The notes beneath the pieces are model-generated. The model saw only the letters and a program-made list of their open reading frames with translations. It was not told the DNA's origin and ran no database searches. Shown here piece after piece: positions 37,742-47,957 of a stretch of 64,000 nt of DNA. The stretch spans positions 880 to 64,879 of the forward strand of contig JAKSIP010000011.1 in assembly GCA_024398715.1 (NCBI GenBank). The letters run 5' to 3'. How positions within the stretch are numbered: the stretch's first letter is position 1; the number at the start of each line of letters is the position of its first letter. This DNA is from Bacteroidaceae bacterium. GTDB lineage: Bacteria > Bacteroidota > Bacteroidia > Bacteroidales > Bacteroidaceae. The position numbers and the translations under genes are program-made.

Positions 37742-39568
37742 ATGCAGATAGAACAAATCATTGCGCAAAAAGCGGCTCAGGCAGTGGCAGAGTTGTGGGG
37801 TACGACAGTTGGTGAAAGCCAGCTGCAGTTGCAGAAAACAAAGAAAGAGTTTGAAGGAGAACTTACATTGGTGGTTTTCCCTCTTTTGAGAATTTCACGC
37901 AAAAGCCCGGAGGATACGGCAAATGCCATTGGCGCATGGCTCAAGGAAAATACTGATATTGTCTGCGCATACAATGCGGTAAAGGGATTCCTCAATCTTT
38001 CCATTGCAGCCGGTGCGTGGTGCTCTCTGCTCAATCAGGTATATACCACTGAAAAGTGGGGTTTCAAGCAGGCAACTCCCGATTCAAAGCTTGTGATGAT
38101 TGAATACTCATCACCGAACACAAACAAGCCTCTCCATCTTGGACATGTGCGCAATAACCTTTTGGGCAAGTCTCTGGCCAACATTATGGAGGCAAACGGA
38201 TACAAGGTGGTAAAGACGAATATTGTGAATGACCGTGGCATCCATATCTGCAAATCCATGCTTGCATGGCTCAAGTGGGGTAACGGGGCTACCCCGGAAA
38301 GCACCGGTAAGAAGGGAGACCATCTTATCGGAGACTATTATGTTGCATTTGACAAACATTTCAAGGCGGAGGTAAAGGAACTTTTGCCGGCAGATTATGA
38401 TTCTCTGTCAGAAGAACAGCAGGAGGCTGCAAAAGCAAAAGCTGAGGCTGAGTCTCCGCTTATGCAGGAGGCGCGTGCCATGCTGGTCAAATGGGAAGCG
38501 AATGATCCTGAAATCCGCGCTCTGTGGGCACGTATGAACGAATGGGTCTATGCCGGTTTTGATGAAACATACAAGCGTCTTGGCATCAGCTTTGATAAAA
38601 TATACTATGAGTCCCAGACTTATCTTGAAGGAAAAAGCAAGATTATGGAAGGACTGGAGAAGGGACTGTTCTTCCGCAAGGAAGACGGCTCTGTCTGGGC
38701 TGATCTTGCAGAGAACGGTCTGGATCAGAAACTGCTTATCCGCAAAGACGGCACATCAGTATATATGACCCAGGATATCGGTACTGCCAAATTGCGTTTC
38801 CAGGATTATCCTATTGACAGGATGATTTACGTTGTAGGAAATGAACAGAACTACCATTTCCAGGTACTATCCATTCTGCTTGACCGTCTCGGCTTCAAAT
38901 GGGGTAAGGATCTGGTACATTTCTCATACGGTATGGTTGAACTTCCCGAAGGTAAGATGAAAAGCCGTGAGGGTACTGTAGTCGATGCCGACGATCTTAT
39001 GGATGAGATGGTAACTACGGCCCGTGAGACCAGTGCCGAACTGGGAAAATTGGAAGGCCTGTCAAAAGATGAGGCTGACCGCATTATTGAAATGATAGGT
39101 ATGGGTGCGCTCAAATACTTTATCCTTAAGGTTGATGCGCGTAAGAACATGACTTTCAATCCTAAGGAATCCATTGATTTCAATGGTAATACAGGTCCTT
39201 TCATACAATATACGTATGCGCGCATAAGGTCTATTCTGCGCAAGGCTGCCGGGCAGGGTATAGAACTACCTGCAGAACTTGGTGCCGTGAACAGTCTGCT
39301 GTCAGATAAGGAGATTGCTCTTATCCAGCGTCTTGCTGACTTTGGAAGTGTTGTTTCGGAAGCCGCTGAGACTTACAATCCAAGTGCAATAGCAAACTAT
39401 TCATATGACCTTGCAAAAGAATTCAACCAGTTCTATCATGACTATAGTGTACTGAAAGAGGAAGATCCCGAACTCAAGTCATTGCGTCTGGTTCTTTCCG
39501 GATGTGTAGGCAAGGTTTTGAAACTTGCTCTCTCTCTTCTTGGAATTGAAGTTCCTGAACGTATGTGA
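37742..39568 (+). CDS. argS: Arginine--tRNA ligase
   Basis: Class I motifs SSPNTNKPLHLGH (HIGH) and MKSREG (KMSK-like). The track start 37718 is a TTG lying inside the putative -7 box, so ATG 37742 is preferred. Confidence 0.92.
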   Translation: MQIEQIIAQKAAQAVAELWGTTVGESQLQLQKTKKEFEGELTLVVFPLLRISRKSPEDTANAIGAWLKENTDIVCAYNAVKGFLNLSIAAGAWCSLLNQVYTTEKWGFKQATPDSKLVMIEYSSPNTNKPLHLGHVRNNLLGKSLANIMEANGYKVVKTNIVNDRGIHICKSMLAWLKWGNGATPESTGKKGDHLIGDYYVAFDKHFKAEVKELLPADYDSLSEEQQEAAKAKAEAESPLMQEARAMLVKWEANDPEIRALWARMNEWVYAGFDETYKRLGISFDKIYYESQTYLEGKSKIMEGLEKGLFFRKEDGSVWADLAENGLDQKLLIRKDGTSVYMTQDIGTAKLRFQDYPIDRMIYVVGNEQNYHFQVLSILLDRLGFKWGKDLVHFSYGMVELPEGKMKSREGTVVDADDLMDEMVTTARETSAELGKLEGLSKDEADRIIEMIGMGALKYFILKVDARKNMTFNPKESIDFNGNTGPFIQYTYARIRSILRKAAGQGIELPAELGAVNSLLSDKEIALIQRLADFGSVVSEAAETYNPSAIANYSYDLAKEFNQFYHDYSVLKEEDPELKSLRLVLSGCVGKVLKLALSLLGIEVPERM

Positions 39569-39581
39569 AATACTTGAAGGA

Positions 39582-40232
39582 ATGAAGTGGTACACTGTGT
39601 GGGCAGGTCACAATACCGGAGTGTTTGATTCCTGGTCTGAGTGCAGAAAGCAGATAGCCGGCTTTCCAAAGGCACTGTACAAATCTTTTTCCACTAAAGA
39701 AGAAGCTACTGCTGCATACAACGATTCACCATTCAATTACATGGGTGAGCCGGGAGTACATGTCCAGTCCCGGAATTCAGGCGTGGTAAAGGTGAAACCA
39801 ATCAAATCTCCTGAAGAGTTGCCAGCCGGTATCAATCCCAATTCCATTGCTGTTGATGCTGCCTGCAGCGGAAATCCCGGTAGAATGGAGTATCGCGGTG
39901 TATATCTTGGAAATTTTCAGGAACTGTTCCATTTCGGCCCTATTTTCGGTACAAACAATATCGGTGAGTTTCTTGCAATAGTCCATGCTCTTGCCTATTG
40001 CAAGCAGAATAACTATAACTTCACAATCTATAGTGACAGCCGTAATGCTATCAATTGGGTAAAACGTGGTGTCTGTGCTACCAAACTTGAGCACAACGCA
40101 TCGACGGCACAGGTCCATGATCTGATTGGGCGTGCGGAAAAGTGGCTTGCTTCCAACAGATATACAACTCCTGTCGTCAAATGGGAAACGGAACGGTTGG
40201 GTGAGATTCCTGCTGACTTTGGCAGAAAATAG
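39582..40232 (+). CDS. rnhA: Ribonuclease HI with N-terminal RNA-DNA hybrid-binding domain
   Basis: ATG 39582 gives MKWYTVWAGHNTGVFDSWSECRKQIAGFP (RNase H1 N-terminal domain). The RNase H core has AVDAACSGNPG, NNIGEF and YSDS. Confidence 0.88.
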   Translation: MKWYTVWAGHNTGVFDSWSECRKQIAGFPKALYKSFSTKEEATAAYNDSPFNYMGEPGVHVQSRNSGVVKVKPIKSPEELPAGINPNSIAVDAACSGNPGRMEYRGVYLGNFQELFHFGPIFGTNNIGEFLAIVHALAYCKQNNYNFTIYSDSRNAINWVKRGVCATKLEHNASTAQVHDLIGRAEKWLASNRYTTPVVKWETERLGEIPADFGRK

Positions 40233-40234
40233 TA

Positions 40235-41188
40235 CTATTGGGTAACCGGAACGGCTTTCAGCTGTTCTTTCCTTTCTCTTTTTGCGTCAAGCCTGCGCTG
40301 GTATTCTTCCCATGTGCGTTTCCAACGGTTGTGACTCCATAGCCAGAGTTCTGGTTTGCGTCTGATATTCTCTTCAAGAAGCTTGAAATACTTGTCGGTC
40401 AGTTCGTATTCAGCATATTTTGAGGCATCGTCACAGAGAAGCTTGCATTCTATCCGATAGTGTCCGCGACGCACTTTTGTGCAATCCATGTATGCAACTG
40501 CCATACCGAATTTGCGTGCAAAGCGTTCGTTCCCGGACAGAACGGGAGTGTTCTGGTTCAGAAATGTTGTCCAATGGCGTATGTCTTCCCATATGGGAAC
40601 CTGGTCAGAAATTGTTCCTATGGTAAAAACTTTTCCTTCATTTCGCCTTTCGACTATTGTACGCAGCGTATGTCTCATTTCAATGTTCTCTGACCCGAAT
40701 CTTCCGCGCAGCTTGTACATCAGACGGTCAAACACTTTGTTCTGCAGCTTGTGATATACGTGGCATTTGTGGTCGCGGTTAATCCACAGCGGGAAAGACG
40801 ATATCCATTCCCAATTGCCAAGATGCCCTATGTAGACCATAACGCTGCGCCCGGCCTGGAACTGGTTGATGACAGCTTCCTGAGTATTGGTGAACTCCAT
40901 GCGTTTCCTCATCATCCTTTTTGAGATTGAGAACATTTTCACAATCTCTGCAATGTAGTTGGCAAGGTTGTGATAGAACTTTATTTCTGTCATCCGTAGC
41001 CAATGCTTGTCTTTCTCGGGGAACGATGCCGCCAGATTCTTTCTTACAACCTTTTTTCTGTAACGAAGAAAAGGGAAACATGTCATTATCAGCCAGAATG
41101 TGTCCGTAATCAGGTACAGAACGCATAATGGCAACAGAGAAACCAGATAGATGATTCCGTATGTTATGTAGAAAAGAATTGTACTCAT
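40235..41188 (-). CDS. Lipid A biosynthesis (LpxL/HtrB-like) lysophospholipid acyltransferase family protein
   Basis: N-terminal TM segment and the catalytic HLGNWE motif (IGHLGNWEW). Confidence 0.82.
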   Translation of the reverse strand: MSTILFYITYGIIYLVSLLPLCVLYLITDTFWLIMTCFPFLRYRKKVVRKNLAASFPEKDKHWLRMTEIKFYHNLANYIAEIVKMFSISKRMMRKRMEFTNTQEAVINQFQAGRSVMVYIGHLGNWEWISSFPLWINRDHKCHVYHKLQNKVFDRLMYKLRGRFGSENIEMRHTLRTIVERRNEGKVFTIGTISDQVPIWEDIRHWTTFLNQNTPVLSGNERFARKFGMAVAYMDCTKVRRGHYRIECKLLCDDASKYAEYELTDKYFKLLEENIRRKPELWLWSHNRWKRTWEEYQRRLDAKRERKEQLKAVPVTQ

Positions 41189-41194
41189 TTTTGT

Positions 41195-42415
41195 TTAGAA
41201 TGTCAGGTTTACTGCCGTTCCTGTATAGAAACTGCTTACTATTCCGTTAATATGCCTGTATCCTGCAAATGCACTGATGCCAAGTTTGTCAGATGAACAG
41301 AACAACAGATTCAATTCCGAGCCTGCTGTGAATCTTGCAGGAATGCCAATGTCTATGGGATTACCGCCCAAGTCCGTAAACCTGTAACTGTTTTTGAAAG
41401 TTACACCGGCCATTGCATCGGCTCCAAGAATAAGGTATCCGGTCAACGGAATGCGTGCAACAAGGCCTGCCTGTCCCGAAATCAGGGGAGTGAAGTTTGC
41501 ACCGTCGGCCAGTTCTACCTGTTGCCCTTTCCATGCCATCTGTGTAAAATCGGTGCGTAGGGCAGCACCGAAATTCCGGCAGAACATCCTTGTCCCTTTG
41601 AACCCCAATGAGTAACCCGGCTGGAAGTTTTGCGGCAATATGTCATTGTATCTGTTTATTCCAAAGTAGAAAGCTGTGGTCATGCTGAAGTCCCAGTTCC
41701 GGATGGCAAGGTTCCTGTCATAGTTAAGAAACGGTGAATTGTTGCTTCTGTGGCAGATGCAATCGCAAATGGTATATCCAAGCTCTGCTATGAAAATTCC
41801 TATGCCGGCCCCGCACAGGACATCGCTTATGTGGTGGCGCTGTTCGCAAACGCGCATTATTCCGGTTGCGGTAGCTATGGAGTAGCCTGCAACGCTGAAC
41901 CATGGACTTACGGTTTCTCCGTATTCCTTGTGGAGAAAATGTGCAAGCAGAAATGCTGTTGTGGTATGTCCTGACGGATAGCTGTTGTGTGCTTTTTCAT
42001 TGGGACGCAGACGTCCGAATGTATATTTCAGACACTGGTTGATGCCGAATGTGGCAATTGCTGTACCGGCATGAGTCAGAATCATCTCTTTCCAGGGAAG
42101 CCGGCTTTCCAGACCGAACAGTTTTGGAATGTAAACCATTGCCAGCGGTGCGTACTGTATTATGTCTGCTGTCCAGATTCTCTGATTCCCCAAATTATGC
42201 CCGGATATGTGTATGTTCTGATGGAGCAAGTAATCTCCCCATATTGCGCTGGTGGTAATGAGGGATGCCGCAGGTGTGACTTGCATTGCAAAATGGGACC
42301 AGTTCCCTTTTGCCTGCAGTGAATCCGGTCCCGTCTCCACCCTGTGCTGCTTTGCCGCCACGGGCAGTGTAAGAATCGGGATTATCAGGAAAAATGTAAA
42401 AATGAACCTGCGCAT
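41195..42415 (-). CDS. PAP2 family phosphatase with beta-strand-rich C-terminal extension
   Basis: Signal peptide. PAP2 motifs KYTFGRLRP, PSGHT and RVCEQRHHISD. The last ~170 aa are Gly/aromatic-rich and end in ...GTAVNLTF. Confidence 0.8.
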   Translation of the reverse strand: MRRFIFTFFLIIPILTLPVAAKQHRVETGPDSLQAKGNWSHFAMQVTPAASLITTSAIWGDYLLHQNIHISGHNLGNQRIWTADIIQYAPLAMVYIPKLFGLESRLPWKEMILTHAGTAIATFGINQCLKYTFGRLRPNEKAHNSYPSGHTTTAFLLAHFLHKEYGETVSPWFSVAGYSIATATGIMRVCEQRHHISDVLCGAGIGIFIAELGYTICDCICHRSNNSPFLNYDRNLAIRNWDFSMTTAFYFGINRYNDILPQNFQPGYSLGFKGTRMFCRNFGAALRTDFTQMAWKGQQVELADGANFTPLISGQAGLVARIPLTGYLILGADAMAGVTFKNSYRFTDLGGNPIDIGIPARFTAGSELNLLFCSSDKLGISAFAGYRHINGIVSSFYTGTAVNLTF

Positions 42416-42500
42416 TGCTCTTCCAAAGAAGTTTTCGCCCGCGAAGGTAATGATTTTTCAGCTTTTTTTGCTAACTTCGCAGTTCTAATATTTATATTAA

Positions 42501-44360
42501 ATGAAAGATTTACTGAATTTTCTCAAGAGATTTGTCAAACCATATAAAGGAAATCTGATTTTTTCGGTTCTGCTGAATCTCCTTTCCGCTGTACTGAATG
42601 TGTTTTCTTTTGCATTGATAGTCCCAATACTCCAGATATTGTTCGGAATAAGCAAGGTTGTATATGAATTGCAGCCGGTTGCCGGAGACGGTTTCCTGGG
42701 ATATGACTGGGATGCTGTCAAAAACAACGGCTATTATTATATTACCAACTGGATAGATGTCTATGGTGCTGACAAGGCATTGCTGTTCCTGGGACTGATA
42801 ATGATAGTTATGACATTCTTCAAGACGGCATGCTATTTCGCATCGGAAGCAGTCATAATGCCTCTCAGAACCGGTGTAGTGAAAGATATCAGAGAAAAAG
42901 TCTACAACAAGGTGCTTTCTCTTCATTTGGCTTTCTTCTCCAAAGAACGCAAGGGTGATATCATTACCCGTATGAGTAACGATGTAAGCGAGATAGAGAG
43001 TTCCATCACCAATTCGATAAGCATGCTGATAAAGAACCCTATACTGATTGTGGTATATATGACAACCCTTGTTGTTATAAGCTGGAAACTTACGGTTTTT
43101 ACAATTGTGGTTCTTCCGGGTATGGTCTGGCTTATGGGAGTGATTGGCCGTAAACTCAAATCAAAGTCTCTGCTAGTCCAGTCAAGATTGAGCGAGACAA
43201 TGTCACAACTTGAAGAAACTCTTGGCGGTTTGCGTATTGTAAAGGCATTTCTTGCAGAGAAAAAAATGTCAGGACGCTTTGAAAAGATAAACAATGAATG
43301 GCGGATTGCCAATACAAAAGTCCTGATACGCCAGTCTCTTGCCCATCCTGTAAGCGAGTTCCTTGGAACTGCTCTTATTGTGTTTGTACTTTGGTTCGGC
43401 GGTACTCTCATACTTAAAGAAACCGGCGCAACAGGACAGGCTACCACAATAGAGGCTCCTACTTTCATTTTTTATCTGACCATGCTTTACAGTGTGATAA
43501 ACCCAATCAAGGATCTTGCAAAAGCAACATATTCCGTTCCTAAGGGAATGGCTTCTCTTGAACGCGTAGATAAAATCCTCCTTGCGGAAAACACTATCAG
43601 AGAAAGTGCCCATCCGGTTAGAATAAACAGTGTCAAAGAAGGTATCTGCTATAATGGAGTCTCCTTCAGTTACGAGTCTGATCACCCTGTTCTGTGCAAT
43701 ATTGATTTGAATATCGGAAAGGGTCAGACCATAGCTCTTGTAGGACAGTCCGGTTCAGGTAAATCCACACTTGTTGACCTGCTTCCCCGTTTCCACGATG
43801 TCTGTGGCGGCAGTATCACAATAGATGGTGTTGACATCAGGAATATGGAGATTGCATCTTTGCGTTCCATAATGGGTAATGTCAACCAGGAGGCAATCCT
43901 TTTCAACGACACCTTCTACAATAACATAACGTTCGGTGTTGAAGACGCTACATATGAGCAGGTTGTTGAGGCTGCAAAAATAGCCAATGCCCATGATTTC
44001 ATTATGGAGACGGAGAAAGGTTATGACACCATGATAGGAGACCGCGGATGTCTTCTTTCCGGCGGCCAGCGCCAGCGTGTAAGCATTGCGCGTGCTATTC
44101 TGAAAAATCCTCCTATTCTTATTCTTGACGAGGCTACATCTGCTCTTGATACCGAATCAGAACATCTTGTTCAGGAGGCATTGGAGCGTCTTATGAAAGA
44201 CCGCACTACCATCGCTATTGCACACCGTCTGTCAACAATCAAAAGTGCTGATTGCATACATGTCCTGCATGAAGGCCGGATTGTTGAGAGCGGAACCCAC
44301 GAGGAACTTCTTGCAATGAACGGCTACTACAAGCGTTTGAATGATATGCAGCAACTCTAA
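42501..44360 (+). CDS. ABC transporter permease/ATPase, MsbA-like (lipid A / lipid exporter type)
   Basis: 6-TM exporter domain, Walker A GQSGSGKST, signature LSGGQRQR and Walker B ILILDEATS. Confidence 0.85.
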   Translation: MKDLLNFLKRFVKPYKGNLIFSVLLNLLSAVLNVFSFALIVPILQILFGISKVVYELQPVAGDGFLGYDWDAVKNNGYYYITNWIDVYGADKALLFLGLIMIVMTFFKTACYFASEAVIMPLRTGVVKDIREKVYNKVLSLHLAFFSKERKGDIITRMSNDVSEIESSITNSISMLIKNPILIVVYMTTLVVISWKLTVFTIVVLPGMVWLMGVIGRKLKSKSLLVQSRLSETMSQLEETLGGLRIVKAFLAEKKMSGRFEKINNEWRIANTKVLIRQSLAHPVSEFLGTALIVFVLWFGGTLILKETGATGQATTIEAPTFIFYLTMLYSVINPIKDLAKATYSVPKGMASLERVDKILLAENTIRESAHPVRINSVKEGICYNGVSFSYESDHPVLCNIDLNIGKGQTIALVGQSGSGKSTLVDLLPRFHDVCGGSITIDGVDIRNMEIASLRSIMGNVNQEAILFNDTFYNNITFGVEDATYEQVVEAAKIANAHDFIMETEKGYDTMIGDRGCLLSGGQRQRVSIARAILKNPPILILDEATSALDTESEHLVQEALERLMKDRTTIAIAHRLSTIKSADCIHVLHEGRIVESGTHEELLAMNGYYKRLNDMQQL

Positions 44361-44384
44361 GAATCTTTTTGAAATATTCCAACA

Positions 44385-47006
44385 ATGAAACCTGTAAAGT
44401 CTTTTGTTATGGCAGCGGTAATGTTATCTGCCATTGTTCTGACTGTGAAAGCACAGTCTGCTTCTGTTGATGGTGCACGTTATCTTGATACGGATTTGAG
44501 CTTTGAGGAGCGTGCGGCAGATTTGCTGGAAAGACTGACTTTGGAGGAAAAGGTGTCTCTAATGCAGAATTCAAGTCCTGCCATTCCAAGACTTGGCATT
44601 GAAGCATATGACTGGTGGAATGAAACATTGCATGGTGTTGCCAGAAACGGTATGGCTACCGTATTTCCGCAAACTATAGGTATGGCGGCATCGTGGAATA
44701 GCGATCTTCTGCTCAGAGTGTTTGATGCCGCAAGCAGCGAGGCACGCGCCAAGAACAATATGGCTCGCGAAAACGGACGTGTTTCCCGTTATCAGGGTCT
44801 TACATTCTGGACACCGAACGTGAATATTTTCCGTGATCCGCGTTGGGGACGTGGTCAGGAGACATATGGAGAGGATCCATATCTGACAAGTGTCATGGGT
44901 GTAGCGGTTGTAAAGGGATTGCAGGGACCTGACAGTTCCAGATATGACAAACTGCATGCGTGCGCCAAACATTATGCTGTACATAGCGGTCCAGAGTGGA
45001 ACCGCCATTCATTCAATGCCGAGGATATAGCTCCACGTGACTTGTGGGAAACATATCTGCCTGCATTCAAGGCTTTGGTTCAGCAGGCTGATGTTCAGGA
45101 AGTTATGTGTGCCTATAACCGGTACGAGGATGATCCGTGCTGTGGAAGCAACCGTCTGCTGCAGCAGATTCTGCGTGACGACTGGGGTTACAAGGGTATG
45201 GTAGTCTCAGACTGCTGGGCTATCAACGATTTTTATCAGAGAGGACACCACGAAACGGAGCCCGATGCCGCCCATGCTGCTGCAAAGGCCGTTATTACCG
45301 GTACTGATGTGGAGTGCGGAAGTACATACGCCAATCTGCCCGCAGCTGTTGGGCAGGGCCTGATTACCGAAGAACAGATTAATGTTTCCGTTCAACGTCT
45401 TCTTGTGGCCCGTATGAAACTTGGTGAATTTGATCCTAAGGAAATGGTGGAGTGGCGTTCTGTAGCTCCGGATGTGATAGACTGTCAGGAACACAGGAAT
45501 CTTGCCCTTGAGATGGCAAAACAGACCATTGTGCTCCTGCAGAACCGCAATAATATTCTGCCGATGTCCAAAGATATTGACAAGATAGCACTGATTGGGC
45601 CCAATGCCACAGATTCTGTAATGATGTGGGGCAATTACAACGGAACTCCTTCCAGAACAGTAACCTTGTATGACGGCTTGCTACAGTATTTGCCGCTTTC
45701 CAGTATCCATTATGAGAAAGGATGTGACTACGCAAAAGCAACCGCTCTTGAGAGCGCATTCTCCGAATCGTCTGCTGGTGGAGAAACCGGTTTTGATGTA
45801 TCATATTGGAATACATTGCGTGTTACAGATGGTATGAAACCCGATGTAACCGGACATATTTCTGTACCGTTCCAGTTCTCTGCAGGTGGTGGTACTGTAT
45901 TTGCTCCAGGGGTAGACCTTGAAGTGTTCAGTGCACGCTATACATCTACATTTATACCATCCAGGAGCGGCGATGTCAAGTTCAGCTTCCAGAATCAGGG
46001 AAATACAACACTCTCTGTAAACGGACGTATGCTGGGCCGCTGGGGTAATGCCATTGGTGAGAACTCGGCTACAATGGTTGTGGAAGCAGGCAAATCTTAC
46101 GATATAGTAATAAACTTCACCGCTCACAAAGGAACTCCGGCTCAGTTGGATTTCGATTTCGGATACGAGGTCCCGGTAGATTTCAATGACTTTGGAATGA
46201 GCCTTGCCGGTATTGAGACAGTTATCTTTGCCGGCGGAATCTCTCCGCGTCTTGAAGGAGAAGAGATGCGTGTGAATATTCCGGGTTTCAAGGGTGGAGA
46301 CCGTGAAATCATTGAACTTCCGGCCATTCAGACAGAACTAATGGCGGCTCTGAAGAAACTTGGCAAGAAGGTGATATTTGTCAACTTCTCGGGTTCGGCA
46401 ATTGCCCTTGAAAAAGAGTCTGAGATATGCGATGCCATTGTTCAGGCCTGGTATCCGGGTCAGGCGGGTGGTACTGCTATTGCACAGGTGCTGTTCGGAG
46501 ACTTCAACCCGAGCGGAAAACTCCCTGTGACATTCTATAAAAATACAGCCCAGTTGCCTGATTTTCTGGATTATTCAATGAAAGGCCGTACATACAGGTA
46601 TATGACAGAAAAACCGCAGTTCGGATTCGGATTCGGTCTCAGTTATACAACATTCGGGTACGGCACTGCAACGCTCAGTGCAAAGAAAGTTACAGCAAAG
46701 ACTCCTGTGATTCTTACTGTTCCCGTTTCCAATACAGGAAACAGAGATGGTGCAGAAGTTGTACAGGTCTATATTTCACGCCCCTCCGATGCCAATGGTC
46801 CGGCTCTTGCGCTTCGTGCTTTCAAACGTGTTGAACTGAAAGCCGGAGAAAGCGCCAATGTGGAATTTGAACTGGACAGAGAATGCTTTGAGTGGTTTGA
46901 TGAATCTGCAGGAACAATGAGACCCATGAGAGGAGAATATGTTGTATTGTACGGTTCTTCTTCTGACAAGGCAGATTTGCAGAGCCTGACTGTGCAGTTA
47001 AAGTAA
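44385..47006 (+). CDS. Glycoside hydrolase family 3 (beta-glucosidase/beta-xylosidase-like) with PA14-like insert
   Basis: Signal peptide. GH3 N-domain (nucleophile context GMVVSDCWA), an insert at about aa 470-600, and a C-terminal Fn3-like domain. Confidence 0.85.
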   Translation: MKPVKSFVMAAVMLSAIVLTVKAQSASVDGARYLDTDLSFEERAADLLERLTLEEKVSLMQNSSPAIPRLGIEAYDWWNETLHGVARNGMATVFPQTIGMAASWNSDLLLRVFDAASSEARAKNNMARENGRVSRYQGLTFWTPNVNIFRDPRWGRGQETYGEDPYLTSVMGVAVVKGLQGPDSSRYDKLHACAKHYAVHSGPEWNRHSFNAEDIAPRDLWETYLPAFKALVQQADVQEVMCAYNRYEDDPCCGSNRLLQQILRDDWGYKGMVVSDCWAINDFYQRGHHETEPDAAHAAAKAVITGTDVECGSTYANLPAAVGQGLITEEQINVSVQRLLVARMKLGEFDPKEMVEWRSVAPDVIDCQEHRNLALEMAKQTIVLLQNRNNILPMSKDIDKIALIGPNATDSVMMWGNYNGTPSRTVTLYDGLLQYLPLSSIHYEKGCDYAKATALESAFSESSAGGETGFDVSYWNTLRVTDGMKPDVTGHISVPFQFSAGGGTVFAPGVDLEVFSARYTSTFIPSRSGDVKFSFQNQGNTTLSVNGRMLGRWGNAIGENSATMVVEAGKSYDIVINFTAHKGTPAQLDFDFGYEVPVDFNDFGMSLAGIETVIFAGGISPRLEGEEMRVNIPGFKGGDREIIELPAIQTELMAALKKLGKKVIFVNFSGSAIALEKESEICDAIVQAWYPGQAGGTAIAQVLFGDFNPSGKLPVTFYKNTAQLPDFLDYSMKGRTYRYMTEKPQFGFGFGLSYTTFGYGTATLSAKKVTAKTPVILTVPVSNTGNRDGAEVVQVYISRPSDANGPALALRAFKRVELKAGESANVEFELDRECFEWFDESAGTMRPMRGEYVVLYGSSSDKADLQSLTVQLK

Positions 47007-47012
47007 TACGGT

Positions 47013-47957
47013 ATGCTGTCGTCTGATTTTGACTGGAAAACATGGTGCGGTTGTTCATCCAGACCTGTAAAACCTGTTGTATTAGGCATAAGAGGTCTTG
47101 TCCTTGAACCTGACGAGCGCGCGCTGTTCCTTGAACATAATCCGCTTGGGTTTATATTGTTTGCAAGAAATATTTCTGACAGAACCCAACTTGTGAACTT
47201 GATTAAGGATCTGAAATCTTTCATGGGAGATAGGAACGTTATGGTTCTTGTTGACCAGGAGGGAGGTCGTGTACAGCGTCTCGTTCCTCCATTGATGGAT
47301 CAGTTCCCTCCAATGGATCATGTAGGTAACGAAAATCAGGCATACAACATAGGATTCTCAATAGGACGTGGGCTTGCCTCGTATGGTTTTAACGTTGATT
47401 GTGCTCCTGTACTTGACCTTCTCTTTGAAGGTGCAAGTTCTGTAATAGGAAACCGTTCGTTCGGATCTGACCCTGAAAAAGTATCGTTGTTAGGCGCTGC
47501 GTACGCCCGTGGCCTGGCGCATGCAGGAGTAATGCCTGTTGTCAAGCATATACCTGGCCACGGACGCTCTATGCAGGACACTCATCTTGATATGGCCCGT
47601 GTGAGTGCTTCAATTGGAGAACTTGACAAGACTGATTTTGTCCCATTCAGGTATATTGCCCAATCAGGGATAGACTGTATGGCAATGATGTCTCATGTAA
47701 TCTATTCGGAACTTGATGCAGAACATCCTGCAACTTTGTCCGCATCGGTAAGGCGTGTTATCAGACATGAGATAGGTTTCCGCGGTCCCATTATCAGCGA
47801 TGACATATGTATGAAAGGCCTGCAGAAATTCCATTCTGATTTCTCTACAATTGCTCCCGCAATGCTTGAAAGTGCCGTTGACATAGTGCTTCACTGCAGC
47901 GCGGATATAAAGGAGATGGAGTCCGTTCTGGCTTCCGTCCAAGTGTCAATCTGCTGA
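47013..47957 (+). CDS. nagZ: Beta-N-acetylhexosaminidase, NagZ-type GH3
   Basis: 314 aa with VDQEGGRVQRL, KHIPGHGR and IISDD. Confidence 0.82.
   Translation: MLSSDFDWKTWCGCSSRPVKPVVLGIRGLVLEPDERALFLEHNPLGFILFARNISDRTQLVNLIKDLKSFMGDRNVMVLVDQEGGRVQRLVPPLMDQFPPMDHVGNENQAYNIGFSIGRGLASYGFNVDCAPVLDLLFEGASSVIGNRSFGSDPEKVSLLGAAYARGLAHAGVMPVVKHIPGHGRSMQDTHLDMARVSASIGELDKTDFVPFRYIAQSGIDCMAMMSHVIYSELDAEHPATLSASVRRVIRHEIGFRGPIISDDICMKGLQKFHSDFSTIAPAMLESAVDIVLHCSADIKEMESVLASVQVSIC

Noticed and set aside
42501-44360. MsbA-like exporter as a double-glycine peptide exporter for the 44-codon ORF
   Set aside because: The protein begins directly with the TM domain and has no N-terminal C39 peptidase domain. 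It is 3.6 kb away on the opposite strand and sits in a lipid A gene context.
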